Part shown: positions 41,301-54,200 of the stretch, piece after piece
Position numbering within the stretch: the stretch's first letter is position 1
Layout: each line of letters begins with the position of its first letter
Source of the DNA: Eledone cirrhosa
Lineage: Eukaryota
Direction of reading: 5' to 3'
DNA length: 64,000 nt
NCBI GenBank assembly: GCA_964016885.1
Contig: OZ024742.1
Location: forward strand, 164,920,001 to 164,984,000
The notes under the pieces: generated by a model
The model's database searches: none
What the model saw: the letters and a program-made list of their open reading frames with translations, nothing else
Told to the model about the DNA's origin: nothing
Position numbers and translations under genes: made by a program

Positions 41301-44300
41301 AATTATCTCCCCCTGATTTTTTTACAAATTATCTCCCCCCGATTTTTTTTACAAATTATATCCGCCTAATTTTTTTAAATATTATCTTCCCTTGGCTGGC
41401 GGGAAATTATCTCCCCTTGGACGGCTGAAAATTATCTCCCCTTGGACGGCTGGAAATTATCTCCCCTTGATTTTTTTACAAATTATCTCCCCCTGATTTT
41501 TTTTACAAATTATCTCCCCCTGATATTTTTTACAAATTATCTCCCCCTGATTTTTTTACAAATTATCTCCCCTTGGCTGGCTGGAAATTATCTCCCCTTG
41601 GAGGCTGGAATTTATCTCCCCTTGGATGGCTAGAAATTACCTCCCCTTGGACGGCTGGAAATTATCTCCCCTTGGACGGCTAGATATTACCTCCCCTTGG
41701 ACGGCTGGAAATTATCTCCCCTTGATTTTTTTTACAATTTATCTCCCCCTGATTTTTTTTTACAAATTATCTCCCCCTGATTTTTTTTACAAATTATCTC
41801 CCAATGATTTTTTTACAAATTATCTCCCCTTGGCTGGCTGGAAATTATCTCCCCTTGGAGGCTGGAATTTATCTCCCCTTGGACGGCTAGAAATTACCTC
41901 TCCTTGGACGGCTGGAAAATATGTCTCCTTGGACGGCTGGATATTATCTACCCTTGGACGGCTGGAAATTATCTCCCCTTGGACGGCTGGAAATTATCTC
42001 CCCTTGGACGGCTAGATATTACCTCCCCTTGGACGGCTGGAAATTATCTCCCCTTGATTTTTTTACAAATTATCTCCCCCTGATTTTTTTTACAAATTAT
42101 CTCCGCCTAATTTTTTTAAATATTATCTTCCCTTGGCTGGCGGGAAATTATCTCCCCTTGGACGGCTGAAAATTATCTCCCCTTGGACGGCTGGAAATTA
42201 TCTCCCCTTGATTTTTTTTACAAATTATCTCCCCCTGATTTTTTTTTACAAATTATCTCCCCCTGATTTTTTTTACAAATTATCTCCCCCTGATTTTTTT
42301 ACAAATTATCTCCCCTTGGCTGGCTGGAAATTATCTCCCCTTGGAGGCTGGAATTTATCTCCCCTTGGTCGGCTAGAAATTACCTCTCCTTGGACGGCTG
42401 GAAAATATGTCCTTGGACGGCTGGATATTATCTACCCTTGGACGGCTGGAAATAATCTCCCCTTGGACGGCTGGAAATTATCTCCCCTTGGACGGCTAGA
42501 TATTACCTCCCCTTGGACGGCTGGAAATTATCTCCCCTTGATTTTTTTTACAATTTATCTCCCCCTGATTTTTTTTTACAAATTATCTCCCCCTGATTTT
42601 TTTTACGAATTATCTCCCCCTGATTTTTTTTTACAAATTATCTCCGCCTGATTTTTTTTTTAAAATTATCTCCCCTTGAACGGCTGGAAATTATCTCCCC
42701 TTGGACGGCTGGAAATTATCTCCCCTTGGACGGCTAGAAATTACCTCTCCTTGGACGGCTGAAAATTATCTCCCCTTGGACGGCTGGAAATTATCTCCCC
42801 TTGATTTTTTAACAAATTATCTCCCCCTGATTTTTTTTTACAAATTATCTCCCCCTGATTTTTTTTTACAAATTATCTCCCCCTGATTTTTTTTACAAAT
42901 TATCTCCCCCTGATTTTTTTTTACAAATTATTTCCCCCTGATTTTTTTACAAATTATCTCCCCCCTGATTTTTTTTACAATCTCCGCCTGATTTTTTTAA
43001 AAATTATCTTCCCTTGGCTGGCGGGAAATTATCTCCCCTTGGACGGCTGGAAATTATATCCCCTTGGAAGGATGGAAATTATCTCCCCTTGGACGGCTGG
43101 AAATTATCTCCCCTTGGACGGCTGGAAATTATCTCCCCTTGGACAGCTGGAAATTATCTGCCCTTGATTTTGTTTTTACAAATTATCTCCCCCTGATTTT
43201 TTTTACAAATTATCTCCACCTGATTTTTAAAAAAATTATCTCCCCTTGGACGGCTGGAAATTATCTCCCCTTGATTTTTTTACAAATTATCTCCCCTTGA
43301 TTTTTTTTACAAATTATCTCCCCCTGATTTTTTTTTACAAATTATCTCCCCCTGATTTTTTTACAAATTATCTCCCCCTGATTTTTTTTACAAATTATCT
43401 CCGCCTGATTTTTTTAAATATTATCTTCCCTTGGCTGGCGGGAAATTATCTCCCCTTGGACGGCTGAAAATTATCTCCCCTTGGACGGCTGGAAATTATC
43501 TCCCCTTGATTTTTTTTACAAATTATCTCCCCCTGATTTTTTTTTACAAATTATCTCCCCCTGATTTTTTTTTACAAATTATCTCCCCCTGATTTTTTTT
43601 TACAAATTATCTCACCCTGATTTTTTTTACAAATTATCTCCCTCTGATTTTTTTACAAATTATCTCCCCTTGGCTGGCTGGAAATTATCTCCCCTTGGAG
43701 GCTGGAATTTATCTCCCCTTGGACGGCTAGAAATTACCTCTCCTTGGACGGCTGGAAAATATGTCTCCTTGGACGGCTGGATATTATCTACCCTTGGACG
43801 GCTGGAAATTATCTCCCCTTGGACGGCTGGAAATTATCTCCCCTTGGACGGCTAGATATTACCTCCCCTTGGACGGCTGGAAATTATCTCCCCTTGATTT
43901 TTTTACAAATTATCTCCCCCTGATTTTTTTACAAATTATCTCCCCCTGATTTTTTTTACAAATTATCTCCGCCTAATTTTTTTAAATATTATCTTCCCTT
44001 GGCTGGCGGGAAATTATCTCCCCTTGGACGGCTGAAAATTATCTCCCCTTGGACGGCTGGAAATTATCTCCCCTTGATTTTTTTTACAAATTATCTCCCC
44101 CTGATTTTTTTTACAAATTATCTCCCCCTGATTTTTTTTACAAATTATCTCCCCCTGATTTTTTTTTACAAATTATTTCCCCCTGATTTTTTTACAAATT
44201 ATCTCCCCCCTGATTTTTTTTACAATCTCCGCCTGATTTTTTTAAAAATTATCTTCCCTTGGCTGGCGGGAAATTATCTCCCCTTGGACGGCTGGAAATT

Positions 44301-44739
44301 ATATCCCCTTGGAAGGATGGAAATTATCTCCCCTTGGACGGCTGGAAATTATCTCCCCTTGGACGGCTGGAAATTATCTCCCCTTGGACAGCTGGAAATT
44401 ATCTGCCCTTGATTTTGTTTTTACAAATTATCTCCCCCTGATTTTTTTTACAAATTATCTCCACCTGATTTTAAAAAAAATTATCTCCCCTTGGACGGCT
44501 GGAAATTATCTCCCCTTGATTTTTTTACAAATTATCTCCCCTTGATTTTTTTTACAAATTATCTCCCCCTGATTTTTTTTTACAAATTATCTCCCCCTGA
44601 TTTTTTTACAAATTATCTCCCCCTGATTTTTTTTACAAATTATCTCCGCCTGATTTTTTTAAATATTATCTTCCCTTGGCTGGCGGGAAATTATCTCCCC
44701 TTGGACGGCTGAAAATTATCTCCCCTTGGACGGCTGGAA

Positions 44740-47700
44740 TTTATCTCCCCTTGGACGGCTAGAAATTACCTCTCCTTGGACGGCTGGAAAATATGTCTCC
44801 TTGGACGGCTGGATATTATCTACCCTTGGACGGCTGGAAATTATCTCCCCTTGGACGGCTGGAAATTATCTCCCCTTGGACGGCTAGATATTACCTCCCC
44901 TTGGACGGCTGGAAATTATCTCCCCTTGATTTTTTTACAAATTATCTCCCCCTGATTTTTTTACAAATTATCTCCCCCTGATTTTTTTTACAAATTATCT
45001 CCGCCTAATTTTTTTAAATATTATCTTCCCTTGGCTGGCGGGAAATTATCTCCCATTGGACGGCTGAAAATTATCTCCCCTTGGACGGCTGGAAATTATC
45101 TCCCCTTGATTTTTTTTACAAATTATCTCCCCCTGATTTTTTTTTACAAATTATCTCCCCCTGATTTTTTTTACAAATTATCTCCCCCTGATTTTTTTAC
45201 AAATTATCTCCCCTTGGCTGGCTGGAAATTATCTCCCCTTGGAGGCTGGAATTTATCTCCCCTTGGACGGCTAGAAATTACCTCTCCTTGGACGGCTGGA
45301 AAATATGTCCTTGGACGGCTGGATATTATCTACCCTTGGACGGCTGGAAATTATCTCCCCTTGGACGGCTGGAAATTATCTCCCCTTGGACGGCTAGATA
45401 TTACCTCCCCTTGGACGGCTGGAAATTATCTCCCCTTGAATTTTTTTACAAATTATCTCCCCCTGATTTTTTTTTACAAATTATCTCCCCCTGATTTTTT
45501 TTTACAAATTATCTACCCCTGATTTTTTTTTACAAATTATCTCCCCCTGATTTTTTTTACAAATTATCTCCCCCTGATTTTTTTTTACAAATTATCTCCC
45601 CCTGATTTTTTTTTACAAATTATCTACCCCTGATTTTTTTTACAAATTATCTCCCCCTGATTTTTTTTACAAATTATCTCCCCCTGATTTTTTTTACAAA
45701 TTATCTTCGCCTAATTTTTTTAAATATTATCTTCCCTTGGCTGGCGGGAAATTATCTCCCCTTGGACGGCTGAAAATTATCTCTCCTTGGACGGCTGGAA
45801 ATTATCTCCCCTTGATTTTTTTTACAAATTATCTCCCCCTGATTATTTTTTACAAATTATCTCCCCCTGATTTTTTTTTACAAATTATCTCCCCCTGATT
45901 TTTTTTACAAATTATCTCCCCCTGATTTTTTTACAAATTATCTCCCCTTGGCTGGCTGGAAATTATCTCCCCTTGGAGGCTGGAATTTATCTCCCCTTGG
46001 ACGGTTAGAAATTACCTCTCCTTGGACGGCTGGAAAATATGTCTCCTTGGACGGCTGGAAATTATCGCCCCTTGGACGGCTGGAAATTATCTCCCCTTGG
46101 ACGGCTGGAAATTATCTCTCCTCGGACGGCTAGAAATTACCTCTCTTTGGACAGCTGAAAATTATCTCCCCTTGGACGGCTGGAAATTATCTCCCCTTGA
46201 TTTTTTTACAAATTATCTCCCCCTGATTTTTTTTTACAAATTATCTCCCCCTGATTTTTTTTTACAAATTATCTCCCCCTGATTTTTTTTTACAAATTAT
46301 CTCCCCCTGATTTTTTTACAAATTATCTCCCCTTGGCTGGCTGGAAATTATCTCCCCTTGGAGGCTGGAATTTATCTCCCCTTGGACGGCTAGAAATTAC
46401 CTCTCCTTGGACGGCTGGAAAATATGTCTCCTTGGACGGCTGGATATTATCTACCCTTGGACGGCTGGAAATTATCTCCCCTTGGACGGCTGGAAATTAT
46501 CTCCCCTTGGACGGCTAGATATTACCTCCCCTTGGACGGCTGGAAATTATCTCCCCTTGATTTTTTTACAAATTATCTCCCCCTGATTTTTTTACAAATT
46601 ATCTCCCCCTGATTTTTTTTACAAATTATCTCCGCCTAATTTTTTTAAATATTATCTTCCCTTGGCTGGCGGGAAATTATCTCCCCTTGGACGGCTGAAA
46701 ATTATCTCCCCTTGGACGGCTGGAAATTATCTCCCCTTGATTTTTTTTACAAATTATCTCCCCCTGATTTTTTTTTACAAATTATCTCCCCCTGATTTTT
46801 TTTACAAATTATCTCCCCCTGATTTTTTTACAAATTATCTCCCCTTGGCTGGCTGGAAATTATCTCCCCTTGGAGGCTGGAATTTATCTCCCCTTGGACG
46901 GCTAGAAATTACCTCTCCTTGGACGGCTGGAAAATATGTCCTTGGACGGCTGGATATTATCTACCCTTGGACGGCTGGAAATTATCTCCCCTTGGACGGC
47001 TGGAAATTATCTCCCCTTGGACGGCTAGATATTACCTCCCCTTGGACGGCTGGAAATTATCTCCCCTTGATTTTTTTTACAAATTATCTCCCCCTGATTT
47101 TTTTTTACAAATTATCTCCCCCTGATTTTTTTTTACAAATTATCTACCCCTGATTTTTTTTTACAAATTATCTCCCCCTGATTTTTTTTACAAATTATCT
47201 CCCCCTGATTTTTTTTTACAAATTATCTCCCCCTGATTTTTTTTTACAAATTATCTACCCCTGATTTTTTTTACAAATTATCTCCCCCTGATTTTTTTTA
47301 CAAATTATCTCCCCCTGATTTTGTTTACAAATTATCTCCCCCTGATTTTTTTACAAATTATCTCCCCCTGATTTTTTTTACAAATTATCTCCGCCTAATT
47401 TTTTTAAATATTATCTTCCCTTGGCTGGCGGGAAATTATCTCCCCTTGGACGGCTGAAAATTATCTCTCCTTGGACGGCTGGAAATTATCTCCCCTTCAT
47501 TTTTTTTACAAATTATCTCCCCCTGATTATTTTTTACAAATTATCTCCCCCTGATTTTTTTTTACAAATTATCTCCCCCTGATTTTTTTTACAAATTATC
47601 TCCCCCTGATTTTTTTACAAATTATCTCCCCTTGGCTGGCTGGAAATTATCTCCCCTTGGAGGCTGGAATTTATCTCCCCTTGGACGGTTAGAAATTACC

Positions 47701-47790
47701 TCTCCTTGGACGGCTGGAAAATATGTCTCCTTGGACGGCTGGAAATTATCGCCCCTTGGACGGCTGGAAATTATCTCCCCTTGGACGGCT
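44740..47790 (+). repeat. Second occurrence of the ~1631-bp tandem repeat, inside the large duplication
   Basis: ORF pairs 44793/46424 and 45031/46662. Confidence 0.85.
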
Positions 47791-48289
47791 GGAAATTATC
47801 TCCCCTTGATTTTTTTTACAAATTATCTCCCCCTGATTTTTTTTTACAAATTATCTCCCCCTGATTTTTTTTTACAAATTATCTCCCTCTGATTTTTTTT
47901 TACAAATTATCTCCCCCTGATATTTTTACAAATTATCTCCCCCTGATTTTTTTACAAATTATCTCCCCTTGGCTGGCTGGAAATTATCTCCCCTTGGAGG
48001 CTGGAATTTATCTCCCCTTAGACGGCTAGAAATTACCTCGCCTTGGACGGCTGGCAAATATGTCTCCTTGGACGGCTGGAAATTATCTCCCCTTGGACGG
48101 CTGGAAATTATCTCCCCTTGGACGGCTGGAAATTATCTCCCCTTGGACGGCTAGATATTACCTCCCCTTGGACGGCTGGAAATTATCTCCCCTTGGACGG
48201 CTAGATATTACCTCCCCTTGGACGGCTGGAAATTATCTCCCCTTGATTTTTTTTACAAATTATCTCCCCCTGATTTTTTTAAAAAAATT

Positions 48290-51200
48290 ATCTCCCCTTG
48301 AACGGCTGGAAATTATCTCCCCTTGGACGGCTGGAAATTATCTCCCCTTGGACGGCTAGAAATTACCTCTCCTTGGACGGCTGAAAATTATCTCCCCTTG
48401 GACGGCTGCAAATTATCTCCCCTTGATTTTTTAACAAATTATCTCCCCCTGATTTTTTTTTACAAATTACCTCCCCCTGATTTTTTTTTACAAATTATCT
48501 CCCCGTGATTTTTTTACAAATTATCTCCCCCTGATTTTTTTTACAATCTCCGCCTGATTTTTTTAAAAATTATCTTCCCTTGGCTGGCGGGAAATTATCT
48601 CCCCTTGGACGGCTGGAAATTATATCCCCTTGGAAGGATGGAAATTATCTCCCCTTGGACGGCTGGAAATTATCTCCCCTTGGACGGCTGGAAATTATCT
48701 CCCCTTGGACAGCTGGAAATTATCTGCCCTTGATTTTGTATTTACAAATTATCTCCCCCTGATTTTTTTTACAAATTATCTCCACCTGATTTTTTAAAAA
48801 ATTATCTCCCCTTGGACGGCTGGAAATTATCTCCCCTTGATTTTTTACAAATTATCTCCCCCTGATTTTTTTTACAAATTATCTCCCCCTGATTTTTTGT
48901 TACAAATTATCTCCCCCTGATTTTTTTACAAATTATCTCCCCCTGATTTTTTTTACAAATTATCTCCGCCTGATTTTTTTAAATATTATCTTCCCTTGGC
49001 TGGCGGGAAATTATCTCCCCTTGGACGGCTGAAAATTATCTCCCCTTGGACGGCTGGAAATTATCTCCCCTTGATTTTTTTACAAATTATCTCCCCCTGA
49101 TTTTTTTTTACAAATTATCTCCCCCTGATTTTTTTTACAAATTATCTCCCCCTGATTTTTTTTTACAAATTATCTCCCCCTGATTTTTTTTTACAAATTA
49201 TCTCCCCCTGATTTTTTTACAAATTATCTCCCCTTGGCTGGCTGGAAATTATCTCCCCTTGGAGGCTGGAATTTATCTCCCCTTGGACGGCTAGAAATTA
49301 CCTCTCCTTGGACGGCTGGAAAATATGTCTCCTTGGACGGCTGGATATTATCTACCCTTGGACGGCTGGAAATTATCTCCCCTTGGACGGCTGGAAATTA
49401 TCTCCCCTTGGACGGCTAGATATTACCTCCCCTTGGACGGCTGGAAATTATCTCCCCTTGATTTTTTTTACAAATTATCTCCCCCTGATTTTTTTTTACG
49501 AATTATCTCCCCCTGATTTTTTTTTACAAATTATCTCCGCCTGATTTTTTTTTAAAATTATCTCCCCTTGAACGGCTGGAAATTATCTCCCCTTGGACGG
49601 CTGGAAATTATCTCCCCTTGGACGGCTAGAAATTACCTCTCCTTGGACGGCTGAAAATTATCTCCCCTTGGACGGCTGCAAATTATCTCCCCTTGATTTT
49701 TTTAACAAATTATCTCCCCCTGATTTTTTTTTACAAATTATCTCCCCCTGATTTTTTTTTACAAATTATCTACGCCTAATTTTTTTTACAAATTATCTCC
49801 CCCTGATTTTTTTTACAAATTATCTCCCCCTGATTTTTTTTACAAATTATCTCCCCCTGATTTTTTTTTACAAATTATCTCCCCCTGATTTTTTTACAAA
49901 TTATCTCCCCCCTGATTTTTTTTACAATCTCCGCCTGATTTTTTTAAAAATTATCTTCCCTTGGCTGGCAGGAAATTATCTCCCCTTGGACGGCTGAAAA
50001 TTATCTCCCCTTGGACGGCTGGAAATTATCTCCCCTTGATTTTTTTTACAAATTATCTCCCCCTGATTTTTTTTTACAAATTATCTCCCCCTGATTTTTT
50101 TTACAAATTATCTCCCCCTGATTTTTTTTTACAAATTATCTGCCCCTGATTTTTTTTACAAATTATCTCCCCCTGATTTTTTTACAAATTATCTCCCCTT
50201 GGCTGGCTGGAAATTATCTCCCCTTGGAGGCTGGAATTTATCTCCCCTTGGACGGCTAGAAATTACCTCTCCTTGGACGGCTGGAAAATATTTCTCCTTG
50301 GACGGCTGGATATTATCTACCCTTGGACGGGTGGAAATTATCTCCCCTTGGACGGCTGGAAATTATCTCCCCTTGGACGGCTAGATATTACCTCCCCTTG
50401 GACGGCTGGAAATTATCTACCCTTGATTTTTTTTACAAATTATCTCCCCCTGATTTTTTTTACAAATTATCTCCACCTGATTTTTTTACAAATTATCTCC
50501 CCCTGATTTTTTTTACAAATTATCTCCCCCTGATTTTTTTTTTACAAATTATCTCCCCCTGATTTTTTTACAAATTATCTCCCCCTGATTTTTTTTACAA
50601 ATTATCTCCGCCTGATTTTTTTAAATATTATCTTCCCTTGGCTGGCGGGAAATTATCTCCCCTTGGACGGCTGAAAATTATCTCCCCTTGGACGGCTGGA
50701 AATTATCTCCCCTTGATTTTTTTTACAAATTATCTCCCCCTGATTATTTTTTACAAATTATCTTTCCCTGATTTTTTTTTACAAATTATCTCCCCCTGAT
50801 TTTTTATACAAATTATCTCCCCCTGATTTTTTTACAAATTATCTCCCCTTGGCTGGCTGGAAATTATCTCCCCTTGGAGGCTGGAATTTATCTCCCCTTG
50901 GACGGCTGGAAATTATCTCTCCTTGGACGGCTAGTAATTACCTCTCCTTGGACGGCTGGAAAATATGTCTCGTTGGAGGGCTGGAAATTATCTCCCCTTG
51001 GACGGCTGGAAATTATCTCCCCTTGGACGGCTGGAAATTATCTCTCCTTGGACGGCTAGAAATTACCTCTCCTTGGACGGCTGAAAATTATCTCCCCTTG
51101 GACGGCTAGATATTACCTCCCCTTGGACGGCTGGAAATTATCTCCCCTTGATTTTTTTTACAAATTATCTCCCCCTGATTTTTTTTACAAATTATCTCCA

Positions 51201-54200
51201 CCTGATTTTTTTACAAATTATCTCCCCCTGATTTTTTTTACAAATTATCTCCGCCTAATTTTTTTAAATATTATCTTCCCTTGGCTGGCGGGAAATTATC
51301 TCCCCTTGGACGGCTGAAAATTATCTCCCCTTGGACGGCTGGAAATTATCTCCCCTTGATTTTTTTTACAAATTATCTCCCCCTGATTTTTTTTTACAAA
51401 TTATCTCCCCCTGATTTTTTTTTACAAATTATCTCCCCCTGATTTTTTTTTACAAATTATCTCCCCCTGATTTTTTTTACAAATTATCTCCCCTTGGCTG
51501 GCTGGAAATTATCTCCCCTTGGAGGCTGGAATTTATCTCCCCTTGGACGGCTAGAAATTACCTCTCCTTGGACGGCTGGAAAATATGTCCTTGGACGGCT
51601 GGATATTATCTACCCTTGGACGGCTGGAAATTATCTCCCCTTGGACGGCTGGAAATTATCTCCCCTTGGAGGCTGGAATTTATCTCCCCTTGGACGGCTA
51701 GAAATTACCTCTCCTTGGACGGCTGGAAAATATGTCCTTGGACGGCTGGATATTACCTCCCCTTGGACGGCTGGAAATTATCTCCCCTTGATTTTTTTTA
51801 CAAATAATCTCCCCCTGATTTTTTTTACAAATCTAATGATTTTTTAAAAAAAATTATCTCCCCTTCGCTGGCTGGAAATTATCTCCCCTTCGCTGGCTGG
51901 AAATTATCTCCCCTTGGACGCTGGAAATTATAGCCCCTTGGAGGGCTGGAAATTATCTTCCCTTGGACGGCTGGAAATTATCTCCCCTTGGCTCGAAATT
52001 ATCTCCCCTTGGACGGCTAGAAATTATCTCTCTTTGGACGGCTGGAAATTATCTCCCTTTGATTTTTTTTACAAATTATCTCCCCCTGATTTTTTTTACA
52101 AATCTCCCCCTGATTTTTTAAAAAAAATTATCTCCCCTTCGCTGTCTGGAAATTATCTCCCCTTGGACACTGGAAATTATAGCCCCTTGGAGGGCTGGAA
52201 ATTATCTTCCCTTGGACGGCTGGAAATTATCTCTGCTTGATTTTTTTTACAAATTATCTCCCCCTGATTTTTTTTTACAAATTATCCCCCCCGATTTTTT
52301 TTACAAATTATCTCCCCCTGATTTTTTTTACAAATTATCTCCCCTTGGACGGCTGGAAATTATCTCCCCTTGGACGGCTGGAAATTATCTCCCCTTGGAC
52401 GGCTAGAAATTACCTCTCCTTGGACGACTGAAAATTATCTCCCCTTGGACGGCTGCAAATTATCTCCCCTTGATTTTTTTTACAAATTATCTCCGCCTGA
52501 TTTTTTTTTTAAAATTATCTCCCCTTGGACGGCTGGAAATTACCTCCCCTTGGACGGCTGGAAATTATCTCCCCTTGGACGGCTAGAAATTACCTCTCAT
52601 TGGACGGCTGAAAATTATCTCCCCTTGGACGGCTGGAAATTATCTCCCCTTGATTTTTTTTTACAAATTATCTCCCCCTGATTTTTTTTTACAAATTATC
52701 TCCCCCTGATTTTTTTTTTACAAATTATCTCCGCCTGATTTTTTTTTAAAATTATCTCTCCTTGGACGGCTGGATATTATCTCCCCTTTCATTTTTTTTA
52801 CAAATTATCTCCCCCTGATTTTTTTTTACAAATTATCTCCCCCTGATTTTTTTTTACAAATTATCTACCCCTAATTTTTTTTTACAAATTATCTCCCCCT
52901 GATTTTTTTACAAATTATCTCCCCCTGATTTTTTTTACAAATTATCTCCGCCTGATTTTTTTAAATATTATCTTCTCTTGGCTGGCGGGAAATTATCTCC
53001 CCTTGGACGGCTGAAAATTATCTCCCCTTGGACGGCTGGAAATTATCTCCCCTTGATTTTTTTTACAAATTATCTCCCCCTGATTTTTTTTTACAAATTA
53101 TCTCCCCCTGATTTTTTTTACAAATTATCTCCCCCTGATTTTTTTTTACAAATTATCTCCCCCTGATTTTTTTTACAAATTATCTCCCCCTGATTTTTTT
53201 ACAAATTATCTCCCCTTGGCTGGCTGGAAATTATCTCCCCTTGGAGGCTGGAATTTATCTCCCCTTGGACGGCTAGAAATTACCTCTCCTTGGACGGCTG
53301 GAAAATATGTCCTTGGACGGCTGGATATTATCTACCCTTGGACGGCTGGAAATTATCTCCCCTTGGACGGCTGGAAATTATCTCCCCTTGGACGGCTAGA
53401 TATTACCTCCCCTTGGACGGCTGGAAATTATCTCCCCTTGATTTTTTTTACAAATTATCCCCCCCTGATTTTTTTTTACAAATTATCTCCCCCTGATTTT
53501 TTTTTACAAATTATCTACCCCTGATTTTTTTTTACAAATTATCTCCCCCTGATTTTTTTTACAAATTATCTCTCCCTGATTTTTTTTTACAAATTATCTC
53601 CCCCTGATTTTTTTTTACAAATTATCTACCCCTGATTTTTTTTTACAAATTATCTCCCCCTGATTTTTTTTACAAATTATCTCCCCCTGATTTTTTTTAC
53701 AAATTATCTCCCCCTGATTTTTTTACAAATTATCTCCCCCCGATTTTTTTTACAAATTATCTCCGCCTAATTTTTTTAAATATTTTCTTCCCTTGGCTGG
53801 CGGGAAATTATCTCCCCTTGGACGGCTGAAAATTATCTCCCCTTGGACGGCTGGAAATTATCTCCCCTTGATTTTTTTACAAATTATCTCCCCCTGATTA
53901 TTTTTTACAAATTATCTCCCCCTGATTTTTTTTTACAAATTATCTCCCTCTGATTTTTTTTACAAATTATCTCCCCTTGGCTGGCTGGAAATTATCTCCC
54001 CTTGGAGGCTGGAATTTATCTCCACTTGGACGGTTAGAAATTACCTCTCCTTGGACTGCTGGAAAATATGTCTCCTTGGACGGCTGGAAATTATCTCCCC
54101 TTGGACGGCTGGAAATTATCTCCCCTTGGACGGCTGGAAATTATCTCTCCTCGGACGACTAGAAATTACCTCTCCTTGGACAGCTGAAAATTATCTCCCC

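Larger units (their letters stand above)
32143..49190 (+). repeat. Large segmental duplication, copy 2 (1,444 bp longer than copy 1)
   Basis: Same offsets as copy 1. Extra sequence totals 1080 bp within ~41720-42930 and 364 bp at 44237-44600. Confidence 0.93.

Noticed and set aside
51800-52245. Possible foreign insertion or transposon footprint in the diverged patch
   Set aside because: All of it still aligns to A/B monomers with small deletions and substitutions. No terminal repeats, target-site duplication or non-satellite sequence was seen.
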